From Gammaproteobacteria bacterium (GTDB lineage Bacteria; Pseudomonadota; Gammaproteobacteria; GCA-001735895), in the NCBI GenBank assembly GCA_015494335.1, contig WGBK01000432.1, positions 1-33,236 of the forward strand: a stretch of 33,236 nucleotides of DNA, given 5' to 3'. Under the pieces are notes generated by a model. That model was given only the letters and a program-made list of their open reading frames with translations, was not told the origin of the DNA and searched no databases. Position numbers and translations under genes: made by a program. This document shows positions 1 to 10,091 of this stretch, in pieces. Every line of letters starts with the position of its first letter. Within the stretch, counting starts at the first letter, position 1.

Positions 1-1
1 C

Positions 2-733
2 TACCGCTATACCATGCGCGCGGCGCGCAAGATCAAGTCCACGCTGCTCGAAAGCAACGCGCTGCACCACCGCTCCGATGTCTTCTCGTCCATCGTGGTG
101 GTGATCGGCGTCACCGCCCAGGTCGCCGGCTACCAGTATATGGATGCCCTGGCCGCCATCGCCGTCTCGGTGATGATCTCGATCATGGGCCTGCACCTGA
201 TCCGCAAGGCCTTCGCGGAATTGATCGACACCAGCCTCGATCCGGAGCTGGTGGAGCAGGTGCGCAAGGAAATCCTCGCCATGGACGGTGTGGTCGCCGT
301 GCACAGCCTGCGCAGCCGGTCCATGGGCGGAATGGGCTATATCGACACCGAGATCCGCGTCAATCCGCACCTCAGCGTTTCCGAGGCTCACTACATCAGC
401 CTCAGCATCGAGCACCGCATCCGCCAGAAGTTCGAGGACATCATCGACATCCATGTCCATGTCGACCCGGTCAATGCCGAGGATCATGACGACATCCTCA
501 AGCTGCCGGATCGCGCCGAAGTGCTGTTCAACCTCTACTCGGCCTGGGAAAACCTGCCCGATGCTCATCGCATCTGCAATATCCACCTGCATTACCTGAC
601 CAGCAAGATCGACATCGACCTGATCCTGCCCCTCGAATTCGGTTGCAACAACAGCACCCTGCCACGCGAACTGCGCGAACGCATCGCACATATTCCGTAT
701 ATCGGCACCCTCAACATCTATTACGCCTCCTGA
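2..733 (+). CDS. Cation diffusion facilitator (CDF) family metal efflux transporter, C-terminal ~243 aa; 5' end lies outside the window
   Basis: The frame of ORF 14..733 is open from the window edge to TGA 731-733. It has a CDF TM5 metal-site motif HxxxD ([11 protein letters not shown]), a following hydrophobic TM ([14 protein letters not shown]) and a cytoplasmic C-terminal domain pattern ([19 protein letters not shown]...IHVHVDP). Confidence 0.8.
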   Translation, partial: YRYTMRAARKIKSTLLESNALHHRSDVFSSIVVVIGVTAQVAGYQYMDALAAIAVSVMISIMGLHLIRKAFAELIDTSLDPELVEQVRKEILAMDGVVAVHSLRSRSMGGMGYIDTEIRVNPHLSVSEAHYISLSIEHRIRQKFEDIIDIHVHVDPVNAEDHDDILKLPDRAEVLFNLYSAWENLPDAHRICNIHLHYLTSKIDIDLILPLEFGCNNSTLPRELRERIAHIPYIGTLNIYYAS

Positions 734-735
734 TT

Positions 736-752
736 TGCACTATAATGGTGCA
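736..752. promoter_or_regulatory. NtrC-type binding palindrome upstream of glnA
   Basis: TGCACTATAATGGTGCA matches 11 of the 12 specified positions of the recalled enterobacterial NtrC consensus TGCACC-N5-GGTGCA. It lies 187 nt upstream of the glnA ATG. It also contains a TATAAT hexamer at 741-746. Confidence 0.55.
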
Positions 753-938
753 TTCGTGGCCTTTCACGGCCAAAATACCGGCCCCGGGGACCCAATCATT
801 GGCTGCACCCGATTTATCTGTAAAATGCCCGATGCATTCGATTGCGATCGACCAGCCCGGATACCCCAGCGGGTCCGACCATCCGCTGCGGTATCCGGGT
901 TAAACCCGACTCCTCAACCGACTATGGAGAATCACCTT

Positions 939-2348
939 ATGTCACCTGCAGACGTACTCAAGCTCATCAACGATCACGGCGTCAAATTCGTCGACCTGCG
1001 CTTCACCGACACCCTCGGCAAGGAGCAGCATGTATCCGTCCCCGCCGCCACCATCGACGAAGACGTCTTTGCCGAAGGCAAGATGTTCGACGGCTCTTCC
1101 ATCTCCGGCTGGAAAGGCATCAACGAGTCCGACATGATCATGATGCTGGATCCCTCCACCGCCGTTCTCGACCCCTTCACCGACGAGCCGACCCTCAACA
1201 TCACCTGCGACATCCTCGAGCCGTCCACCGGCGAAGGCTACGAGCGCGATCCCCGCTCCATCGCCAAGCGCGCCGAGGCCTACCTGCAGGCCAGCGGCAT
1301 CGCTGACACCGCCTACTTCGGCCCGGAGAACGAGTTCTTCGTCTTCGACGACGTCAAGTGGGGCAACGACATGGGTCATGTCTTCTACTCCGTCGATTCC
1401 GAGGAATCCGAGTGGAACTCCGCCAAGCACTACGAGGAAGGCAACATGGGTCACCGTCCCGGCGTCAAGGGCGGTTACTTCCCGGTTCCCCCGGTCGATT
1501 CCCTGCACGACCTGCGCTCCGCCATGTGCCTGGCAATGGAAGAAATGGGCCTGAAGGTCGAGGTGCATCACCACGAAGTGGCCACCGCCGGCCAGTGCGA
1601 GATCGGCGTTGCCTTCAACACCCTGGTGCGCAAGGCCGACGAGGTACAGACCCTCAAGTACTGCGTCCACAATGTCGCCCACAGCTACGGCAAGACCGCC
1701 ACCTTCATGCCCAAACCGCTGGTCGGTGACAACGGCAACGGCATGCACGTACACCAGTCCCTGGGCAAGGACGGGGTCAACCTGTTCGCAGGCGACGAGT
1801 ACGGCGGGCTGTCCGAGACCGCGCTCTACTACATCGGCGGCATCATCAAGCACGCCAAGGCCCTCAACGCCTTCGCCAATGCCTCCACCAACAGCTACAA
1901 GCGCCTGGTACCCGGCTTCGAAGCCCCGGTCATGCTGGCCTACTCGGCTCGCAACCGTTCCGCTTCCATCCGCATCCCCTATGTCACCAACCCCAAGGCG
2001 CGTCGCATCGAAATCCGTTTCCCGGACTCCACCGCGAATCCCTACCTCGCCTTCTCCGCGATGCTGATGGCCGGCCTCGACGGCATCAAGAACAAGATCC
2101 ATCCGGGCGAAGCCATGGACAAGGATCTCTACGACCTGCCGCCGGAAGAAGAAGCCGCCATCCCGCAAGTGGCCTTCTCCTTCGACGAGGCCCTCAAGGC
2201 ACTCGACGAGGACCGCGAATTCCTCAAGCAGGGCGGCGTGTTCACCGACGATGTCATCGACGGCTACCTGGAGCTGAAGAACGAGGAAGTACAGCGCCTG
2301 CGCATGGCCACCAACCCGGTGGAATTCGACATGTACTACAGCCTGTAA
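939..2348 (+). CDS. glnA: Glutamine synthetase type I (469 aa)
   Basis: ATG 939 is preceded by GGAGA at 926-930 and gives the typical 469-aa length. The ORF-track start at 735 adds a non-conserved extension. Motifs: [24 protein letters not shown] (N-terminus), [26 protein letters not shown] (ATP region), SIRIP, and the adenylylation-site context [10 protein letters not shown]. Confidence 0.97.
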   Translation: MSPADVLKLINDHGVKFVDLRFTDTLGKEQHVSVPAATIDEDVFAEGKMFDGSSISGWKGINESDMIMMLDPSTAVLDPFTDEPTLNITCDILEPSTGEGYERDPRSIAKRAEAYLQASGIADTAYFGPENEFFVFDDVKWGNDMGHVFYSVDSEESEWNSAKHYEEGNMGHRPGVKGGYFPVPPVDSLHDLRSAMCLAMEEMGLKVEVHHHEVATAGQCEIGVAFNTLVRKADEVQTLKYCVHNVAHSYGKTATFMPKPLVGDNGNGMHVHQSLGKDGVNLFAGDEYGGLSETALYYIGGIIKHAKALNAFANASTNSYKRLVPGFEAPVMLAYSARNRSASIRIPYVTNPKARRIEIRFPDSTANPYLAFSAMLMAGLDGIKNKIHPGEAMDKDLYDLPPEEEAAIPQVAFSFDEALKALDEDREFLKQGGVFTDDVIDGYLELKNEEVQRLRMATNPVEFDMYYSL

Positions 2349-2376
2349 GCCACAGCGCTGACAGGAACTTCCCTGA

Positions 2377-2400
2377 CCCCCGCCTCGGCGGGGGTTTTTT
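2377..2400 (+). terminator. Rho-independent terminator of glnA
   Basis: Stem CCCCCGC (2377-2383) / GCGGGGG (2388-2394), loop CTCG, followed by T6 (2395-2400). It starts 29 nt after the glnA stop. Confidence 0.85.
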
Positions 2401-2597
2401 GTAGGGCACCTCTAAAATCGTCTTTTTCCGCGATTGCGGCGTCAGCTCCGTGCTCGAATCCTCATGTATTCGTATATACACTGCGGTTCTGCGCGCGGTG
2501 CTTCCTTGCACTCACGCAAAAATCCAGATTTTAGAAGCGCCCTCAAGCCGGATGGAAAGCCTTTTCCTCCAGCATTTCCCCATTTGCCTACCCCTTT

Positions 2598-2614
2598 TGC
2601 ACCACAATGGTGCA
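2598..2614. promoter_or_regulatory. NtrC-type binding palindrome upstream of ntrB
   Basis: TGCACCACAATGGTGCA has perfect 7-bp inverted arms (TGCACCA/TGGTGCA) and matches 12/12 specified positions of TGCACC-N5-GGTGCA. It lies 42 nt upstream of the ntrB ATG, analogous to the autoregulated glnL promoter of enterics. Confidence 0.65.
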
Positions 2615-2655
2615 AATATCCGCCCGACTTGCTACCCTGATGGCCGACTATCAGA

Positions 2656-3740
2656 ATGGCCTCAATGGACAAGCCAGCGCCCAATCCCATGCCCACGATC
2701 AGCGCACGGAAGATCCTCGACTACATCAGCGACAGCATCATCTGCCTCGACGAATCGCTGGTCATCAAGCAGGTGAACGCCACCGCCCAGGTTTTTTTCG
2801 ATACCAGTGATTCAGTGCTCGTGGGCCGCCCCATTGCCTCCCTGTTCGACCCGAAGGCCGAGAACAGCCTGCTGCAATCGCTGCACAAGTGCCTGCGCGA
2901 GCAACACCAGATCACCGAGCATCAGGCACGCCTGCACCTCGCCAACGGCAAGGTGCTGAGCACCGACTACACGGTCCATCCGGTGCAGGAGATCGATGCC
3001 CACACCCTGTTGCTCGAAATCCAGCCCATCGACCGCCACCTGGAAATCGCCCGCGACAGCCAGCGCGTGGCCCAGCAGATCGCCAGCCAGCAACTGGTGC
3101 GCGGCATGGCCCACGAGATCCGCAACCCCCTCGGCGGCATCCGCGGCGCGGCCCAGTTGCTCGACAGCGAGATCGACGACCCGGCCTTGAAGGAATACAC
3201 CGCGGTCATCATCCGCGAGGTAGACCGGCTGCAACACCTGCTCAACGACATGCTGGGGCCCAACCGCCGCATCGAAAAGACTTCGATCAACATCCTCGAG
3301 GTACTCGAGCACGTGGCCAACCTGATCCAGGCCGAGTATGCGGAGATCGAGATCGTCCGGGACTACGATCCGAGCATTCCCGACCTGATGGCCGACAAGG
3401 ACCAGCTGATCCAGTCCTTCCTCAACATCGGGCGCAATGGTGCCCAGGCCATGGACGGGAAGGGCGAACTGGTATTCCGCACCCGCATCAACCGCCAGCA
3501 GACCATTGGCAACCGCCGCTATCGCCATGTCATCGAAGCGACCGTTATCGATCACGGACCCGGCATCGATCCCAGCGTGCAGGAAAACATCTTCCTGCCG
3601 ATGGTCACCAGCAAGCCCGAGGGCAGTGGCCTCGGCTTGCCTATCGCGCAGCAGATCATCTTTGGCCATGGCGGCCTCATCCAGTGCAGCCGCGAAGGCG
3701 ACCGCACCCTGTTCACCACCTTCCTGCCCCTGGAGACGTC

Positions 3741-3744
<4 letters not shown>
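2656..3744 (+). CDS. ntrB: Nitrogen regulation sensor histidine kinase NtrB (GlnL)
   Basis: N-terminal PAS-like region (ILDYISDSIICLDESLVIKQVNATAQ), H-box MAHEIRNPLGGIRGAAQLL, N-box FLNIGRNGAQAM and G-box GSGLGLPIAQQII. The stop overlaps the ntrC start (ATGA at 3741-3744). The start could also be an internal Met a few codons downstream. Confidence 0.9.
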
Positions 3745-5177
<1,433 letters not shown>

Positions 5178-5195
5178 AACGCGATCAGAGCTTGT

Positions 5196-5918
5196 TCAGC
5201 AGCTTTCCAGCGCCCCGATGGCGCGCATATAGGCCTGTTCCAGGGTTTCGGAATCGTAGCGTTCACGGCAGTCTGCCGGCGAGCCCTCGAACAGTATCCG
5301 CCCCTCATGGAGTATGGAGAAGCGGTCGCAGATCTCCTCGGCATCGGCCAGCATGTGGGTGCTGTAGAACAGGGTTCGCCGCTGCTCCCTTTCCGCGGCC
5401 AGCAACTGCTTGAAACAGTAGCGGGCTTTCGGGTCCAGCCCGCTCAGGGGCTCGTCGAGGATGATCAGCGGCAGGCGCAGCATGAAGCAGGAAATCAGCC
5501 CCAGCTTCTGTTTCATGCCCTTGGAATAACGACGCGTTCGGTCCTCGAGCCGGCTTTCGTCCAGCGCCAGTTGCCGGCACAGCTCGATCACCCGCTGCCG
5601 CGGCAACGGCTCACGATACACCCCCGCGACGAAGCGCAGGTATTGCCAGCCGGTCACTTCGCCGGGCAGATCGAACTTCTCCGGCAGGTAGGCCAGCACT
5701 TCACGCGAACGCGGGTTCTTGCGGTCACGACCGTCGATCTCCACCGATCCCGCATCGATATCCCGAATCAGATCCAGCAGGATGCGGATCAGCGTCGACT
5801 TGCCGACGCCATTCTCGCCGGCCAGGGCATGGAATTGGCCGCGGGAAACGCTCAACGAAAGATCCCGCAGCAACTCGCGATCCCCGATCCGGTAACTCAG
5901 ATTCCTGATCTGCAGCAT
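5196..5918 (-). CDS. ABC transporter ATP-binding protein (ABC-2/CcmA-like), 240 aa
   Basis: Walker A GENGVGKST, signature-like YSKGMKQKLGL, Walker B LIILDEPLSGLD and H-loop STHML. It converges on ntrC with only an 18-nt gap. Confidence 0.9.
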   Translation of the reverse strand: MLQIRNLSYRIGDRELLRDLSLSVSRGQFHALAGENGVGKSTLIRILLDLIRDIDAGSVEIDGRDRKNPRSREVLAYLPEKFDLPGEVTGWQYLRFVAGVYREPLPRQRVIELCRQLALDESRLEDRTRRYSKGMKQKLGLISCFMLRLPLIILDEPLSGLDPKARYCFKQLLAAEREQRRTLFYSTHMLADAEEICDRFSILHEGRILFEGSPADCRERYDSETLEQAYMRAIGALESC

Positions 5919-5935
5919 GGCGCTCTGGACTCAAG

Positions 5936-5963
5936 AAAAAGGCCTGCATGGCAGGCCTTTTTT
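5936..5963 (-). terminator. Bidirectional-looking hairpin terminator just downstream of the pilin-like gene
   Basis: A5 (5936-5940), stem GGCCTGC (5941-5947) / GCAGGCC (5951-5957), then T6 (5958-5963). On the minus strand it sits 22 nt after the stop of 5985..6674 and only 17 nt before the ABC ATPase start codon. Confidence 0.75.
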
Positions 5964-5984
5964 CGATTTCTTAAATTTTAAACT

Positions 5985-6674
5985 CTACAGGCGGAAAGCC
6001 ATATCGTATCGAGCATTATCATCATAGGCTGCTCCATCTGAGGCCGCACCAGCAGCCATTCCATTCGATCCAGCAGACTTGTTAGACTGGATTCTGCCTG
6101 AATCAGCCGCATTGTCATCCAACCTAGCCTCCAAGATGCGGGCAATTGCCCCTTCGATCTGACCAAAAATATTAACATGCCCTGCAATACCCAGAGAACC
6201 ATTCTGAATGCCAATCAAACCACCGTAAGCATTGGTTGGGCGTGTTGGATCCTCACCACTGCCTCCGGGAATCAAGCCGGCAGCACGAAGGTGCCCAAAA
6301 AACTTGGAAGTTTCTTGGGTAGGGCTACTGGAACTAGATTCGTCGCTCCAAGAGGAAGATACAACAACATTATCCCAAACCCCGTCAATAACACCATCTC
6401 CAGAGCCATTCGCTGCAGCTCCAACACCGCCGGTCTTGGTGTATATATCGAACCTGGAGCCAGCTCCGCTATCATCCCCCGGCAACTGCAAGTAACGATC
6501 TTGGTAAGAGAACATCGCGGCCGCAAGACCGGCATTATCCGACTCGATCCGCTTGAGCTTGGCGTTGGTGATCATTTCCTGGCCTTTCAGCACGCCGCCA
6601 ATCAACAGGCCGACGATCACGAGCACGATGGCGATCTCCACCAGCGTGAAACCTTTTTGCATTCTGGACTTCAT
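5985..6674 (-). CDS. Prepilin-type N-terminal methylation-motif protein (pilin/pseudopilin-like), 229 aa, Cys-free
   Basis: ATG 6674 is preceded by GGGAGA. The leader and class III signal read MKSRMQKG|FTLVEIAIVLVIVGLLIGG, with Glu at +5. The remainder is Gly/Ser/Asp-rich (SSSWSDESSSSS) and contains no cysteine. The ORF-track start at 6776 is an unsupported upstream extension. Two sampled 60-nt lines (6301-6360, 6361-6420) have GC 28/60 and 29/60. Confidence 0.8.
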   Translation of the reverse strand: MKSRMQKGFTLVEIAIVLVIVGLLIGGVLKGQEMITNAKLKRIESDNAGLAAAMFSYQDRYLQLPGDDSGAGSRFDIYTKTGGVGAAANGSGDGVIDGVWDNVVVSSSWSDESSSSSPTQETSKFFGHLRAAGLIPGGSGEDPTRPTNAYGGLIGIQNGSLGIAGHVNIFGQIEGAIARILEARLDDNAADSGRIQSNKSAGSNGMAAGAASDGAAYDDNARYDMAFRL

Positions 6675-6783
6675 GTGTTTCTCCCAATCAAGTCTATTGA
6701 AACCCGGCCCTTGCGGACCTTCTACCCGTTCACATACATTATTCGTGCCAATCCGACAACCGCCCTGTAGCGCCATTCCGGCT

Positions 6784-7563
6784 TCACTCCGGGGCAGGAA
6801 CCGCAGGAAGCTGTCCGGATTTCGACAGTTCCTGTTGCAGTTTCAACAATCGGTCCTGCAGAAAGCGTCGTTCATCGTTATCGATATCGTCTCCACTGGT
6901 CAGCTCGCTGGCAATCAGTCGCAGGGCATCCTGGTCCCGACCCAGATCATCCAGGGCAATCAGTTTCATGTCCCGCGCCCAGCGCGGCATGCGAACGGAT
7001 TTCGGCAGATCGGCGAGCTGGCTCGCCAGGGACAGGGCGAGTTCCAGATCCTTGAGTTCGTGTTTCGCCAGCAGCACGGCCTCGGTCATTCGGCGCCAGT
7101 GACGTTGCGGATCCCGGTGGAACAGCGTCTGGATCACCTCGATCATGCGCCGCACCCGGTCAGGGTCACTGACCTGGGCATAGACTCGTGATGCCAGAAA
7201 GCCGGGATAATCCGAATCCGGGTTAAGCCGGTAGAGGGTCAACAGCCATTGCGCCAGACGCTGATAATCGAGGTGGCGGTAGTTCAGGTGCTCACCCTTG
7301 TGGTCGTCCTGCAGCTGCAGGCGTATCAGAAGCAGGGATGCGAGAAGCCTCGTCGAGCCGGGGGCAAGGGCACGCAGGGTTTCGGCCTCCGGAGCTGGCG
7401 GCAGCGGCTGGTAATCCGCCCCCGCAACCCGCCCCAGATAGTGAATCGATGCCAGCTGCAGGGCCAGGGCCAGGGCCAGTAATGGCCACAGCCAGACCGG
7501 CAGATCGCGCCAGGATCGCTCTCGCCCCTTGACCGTGAACACCGGGAAAGACTTGCTGGCCAT
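6784..7563 (-). CDS. Hypothetical membrane-anchored helical protein, 259 aa
   Basis: ATG 7563 lies 1 nt from the stop of the upstream gene (TGA 7565-7567). It has one N-terminal TM (LPVWLWPLLALALALQLASI), then a helical, repeat-like soluble part (LAQWLLTLYRLNPDSDYPGFLASRVYAQ...). No family was recognised. Confidence 0.55.
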   Translation of the reverse strand: MASKSFPVFTVKGRERSWRDLPVWLWPLLALALALQLASIHYLGRVAGADYQPLPPAPEAETLRALAPGSTRLLASLLLIRLQLQDDHKGEHLNYRHLDYQRLAQWLLTLYRLNPDSDYPGFLASRVYAQVSDPDRVRRMIEVIQTLFHRDPQRHWRRMTEAVLLAKHELKDLELALSLASQLADLPKSVRMPRWARDMKLIALDDLGRDQDALRLIASELTSGDDIDNDERRFLQDRLLKLQQELSKSGQLPAVPAPE

Positions 7564-7564
7564 C

Positions 7565-8383
7565 TCAGGAACGCCCGAATTCCTTGCGATAGAAGTCGGC
7601 GAGGATGACCGCCTCGAGGAACAGGCTGTAGATGAACACCTGCACCGCTTGACGCCCCAGAACCCCAAGGGGTTTCAGCGGCTCTCCCATCAACAGATCG
7701 TTTCGGGCAAAGGCATCGGCGCCGGGCAGGAACAGGCGAATCCAGGAAAAGGCTTCCCGCGCCCAGCGGAATCCGGCTTCTTCCTCGTAGAAGCGGGCGG
7801 AACGATCCAGAATCAGCTCGATCACCGGGGCGCCGCGCGCCAGGAGGTAGAGCGCCAGTGTCAGCAGCAGCACCGCCGCCAGTTTCTCCAGGGTCAGCGC
7901 CGACAGGGCAACGAACTGGCCGAGCAGCAGCAACTCCAGCCACAGGGACAACCCCCAGTAGAGCGCCTGCCAGGCCGGTGCATTCAGCCCCAGCAGCAGG
8001 CCGGCGCCAAGACCGAGCAGGCCGCTCAGCAGAGCCTGCAGGGCAAACAGCGAAAGCAGGTATTGAACACGGCGGATGGGCATGGCCAGCACGCGTTCGA
8101 ACTGGCCGTTTTCGTAATCTTGGGTAAGCTGAACCGCGAGCAGGGCGACCAGCACGATGGACAGGGCATAGCGCATGAATTCGGCCAGCGCTGCGTTGCT
8201 GATCCGCTCTCCCTCGACCAGAGCCAGACCGGCTACGAACTGGCTCACCAGCAGGCCCAGGGCGGAGACCACCAGCATCAGCACCAGCAGTCGTCGATTG
8301 ACGACGCCAAGCAGCTGAAAACGAAACAGTGCTATAGTCTGCGCAAACACCACCACCTCCTGAATCTTGAGAATCCTCACCAC
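7565..8383 (-). CDS. ABC-2 (NosY/GldF-like) family permease; start uncertain (GTG 8383 to GTG 8350)
   Basis: About six hydrophobic segments. The stretch after TM2 (TQDYENGQFERVLAMPIRRVQYLLSLF) resembles the E-x-G-T-hE-hLhhhP-hsR motif of ABC-2 permeases. The track start at 8383 is GTG. The minus-strand sequence AGGAGGTGGTGGTG places an AGGAGG 5 nt before the GTG at 8350. Confidence 0.65.
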   Translation of the reverse strand: MVRILKIQEVVVFAQTIALFRFQLLGVVNRRLLVLMLVVSALGLLVSQFVAGLALVEGERISNAALAEFMRYALSIVLVALLAVQLTQDYENGQFERVLAMPIRRVQYLLSLFALQALLSGLLGLGAGLLLGLNAPAWQALYWGLSLWLELLLLGQFVALSALTLEKLAAVLLLTLALYLLARGAPVIELILDRSARFYEEEAGFRWAREAFSWIRLFLPGADAFARNDLLMGEPLKPLGVLGRQAVQVFIYSLFLEAVILADFYRKEFGRS

Positions 8384-10085
8384 ACTGCTGCAATTCGAAC
8401 AGCAATTGCTGGCCGCGCTGTTGCTGGTCTATCACAGCCTGATCTGGGGCGGCGGGCTGGTCTGGAGAGAGGACAGTCACCTCAGCCGCTACGCGCTGCT
8501 GCTGATATTGTATGGCCTGTTCCTGCTGTGGCAACCGCTGTGGGTCAAGCTGGCCCATTACCGGCTGGTCAAGATTGCCGTACCGCTGCTGCTGTTCAGC
8601 CTGTTCAGTTATTTCTATATCGACGAGGCCCTGTTCTTCTTCGGGCTGCTGATGACCGGTCTCATAGGCAGCCGCCTGTTCAGCTACAGCACCACCCGCG
8701 GCTTCGACCTGATGGTGATCTCCCTGCTCACCATCGAGATGGCCATCGGCCTGGTTCCCCAGGCCTTCCCGCAGATCTACCTGCCACCCAGCTTCCTCGA
8801 ATGGATCCAGATTCTAACCCTGATCCCCATCCTGCTGTTGTTCTTCGCCCCCATCCCGGATCGCTCGCAGCAGACGCGCAGCCAGTTCGACCTGATGCAC
8901 GGTGTGCTCTCGACCGCGTTGATCTTCATCGTGCTGCTCGGCGGCATCGTCATCAACACACTCTACGGCGTGAATTATACCGACGGACTGTTGCTCAGCG
9001 TATTCATCGTCGCCACGCTGGCTTTCGGCATCAGCTGGTTCTGGAATCCGGGCGTCGGCTTCTCCGGACTCGGCGTGTTGTGGAACCGCTACACGATGAC
9101 CATCGGCAGCCCCTTCGAAACATGGATCAACACGCTGACCACGCTGATCGAGCAGCCCTACATCACCGCAACGGAATTTCTCCAGGCCGCCTGCGACCAC
9201 CTGATCGAGAACGACTGGATCAACGGCATCCACTGGCGCATCGAGAGCATGAGCATCACCGCCGGACGGCAGAAAGGCGTCGAGTTTCGTCACAAGCTGG
9301 ACGAGCAGACCTCGGTAACCCTGTACTTCCGCTCGGACCCGGGCAAGGCCCTGCGCCAGCACACCCTGCTGCTGATCCGCATGGCCTGGCAGTTCTACCT
9401 GTTCAAGGTGAACCAGGAAAAGTTGCGTGCCGAACAGCATATCGAGACCATACATCACACCGGCGCGCGGCTGACCCACGACATCAAGAACATCCTCCAG
9501 TCCATCAAGGCGTCCATCGACATCCTGCAGACCGATGCTGAGGGGGGCCAGGCACTGCCGCTGGGTCTGCTGGACCGCAACCTCAAGCACATCAGCCAGC
9601 GCCTGGAAACCACCTTGCAGAAACTCACCACACCCGAATTGACCGGCGCCGAACAGCAGCAGCGGCTGTCCGAGTGGCTGAAGGATTTCCGCGAGGAACA
9701 CAGCGATTCACGACTGGAATACCAGGTATCACTGGAGCAGGATCCCTCCATCCCGCCCGAGCTGTTCCACAGCGTGGTGGGCAACCTGGTGGCGAACGCG
9801 CTGGCCAAGCCCAGTTGCAACCAGGTACTGGTAGACATCAGCGTAAGCAACGAGCTGATCCTGATCACCGTATGTGACGATGGACGCGCCATCGACAAGG
9901 AGATCGAGGGCAAGCTGTTCCACAAGCCGGTATCCTCGGGCCAGGGCATGGGCATCGGCCTGTACCAGTCGGCGATCATGGCCCATGCCTACCGCTACGA
10001 GCTGGAACTGGTCAACAACGAGAACGGTCGGGTCTGTTTCAGCCTGCTGCGGCATTACAGCGATGAGGAAACCCAGGAGTTGTAA
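8367..10085 (+). CDS. Multi-pass membrane sensor histidine kinase, ~572 aa (start uncertain; track start is TTG)
   Basis: The N-terminal ~230 aa form about 8 hydrophobic helices. H-box HHTGARLTHDIKNILQSIKASIDIL, N-box VVGNLVANALAK, G-box SSGQGMGIGLYQSAIMA. The architecture resembles PrsK-type kinases (from memory, unverified). There is no ATG until about codon 96, and no obvious SD before TTG 8367. Confidence 0.8.
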   Translation: MRILTTLLQFEQQLLAALLLVYHSLIWGGGLVWREDSHLSRYALLLILYGLFLLWQPLWVKLAHYRLVKIAVPLLLFSLFSYFYIDEALFFFGLLMTGLIGSRLFSYSTTRGFDLMVISLLTIEMAIGLVPQAFPQIYLPPSFLEWIQILTLIPILLLFFAPIPDRSQQTRSQFDLMHGVLSTALIFIVLLGGIVINTLYGVNYTDGLLLSVFIVATLAFGISWFWNPGVGFSGLGVLWNRYTMTIGSPFETWINTLTTLIEQPYITATEFLQAACDHLIENDWINGIHWRIESMSITAGRQKGVEFRHKLDEQTSVTLYFRSDPGKALRQHTLLLIRMAWQFYLFKVNQEKLRAEQHIETIHHTGARLTHDIKNILQSIKASIDILQTDAEGGQALPLGLLDRNLKHISQRLETTLQKLTTPELTGAEQQQRLSEWLKDFREEHSDSRLEYQVSLEQDPSIPPELFHSVVGNLVANALAKPSCNQVLVDISVSNELILITVCDDGRAIDKEIEGKLFHKPVSSGQGMGIGLYQSAIMAHAYRYELELVNNENGRVCFSLLRHYSDEETQEL

Positions 10086-10091
10086 GGTGGG

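Noticed and set aside
757-770. Sigma54-like promoter candidates TGGCCTTTCACGGC (757-770, upstream of glnA) and CGGTGCTTCCTTGCA (2496-2510, upstream of ntrB).
   Set aside because: Both have GG-N9-GC spacing, one nt shorter than the essentially invariant GG-N10-GC, and a poor match to TGGCAC/TTGCW. They are not reported as features.
735-938. N-terminal extensions proposed by the ORF track: glnA from 735; pilin-like from 6776; 6784-gene from 7668; regulator from 25366; MshD-like from 27253; MshF-like from 29374; mshE from 32219; mshN from 33081; ntrC frame from 2889.
   Set aside because: The extensions have shadow-frame composition and overlap the preceding gene extensively. In every case an internal ATG restores the canonical family N-terminus (MSPADVLKL for glutamine synthetase, class III pilin signals, receiver-domain start, MshEN motif), usually with an SD or an ATGA/GTGA coupling to the upstream stop.
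2792-2798. A T7 run inside ntrB (CAG GTT TTT TTC) and an A7 run in the 27699-27830 intergenic region, considered as possible slippage sites.
   Set aside because: These are shorter than tracts usually associated with phase variation. One lies in a housekeeping regulator whose frame is intact, and the other is simply part of the AT-rich promoter region.
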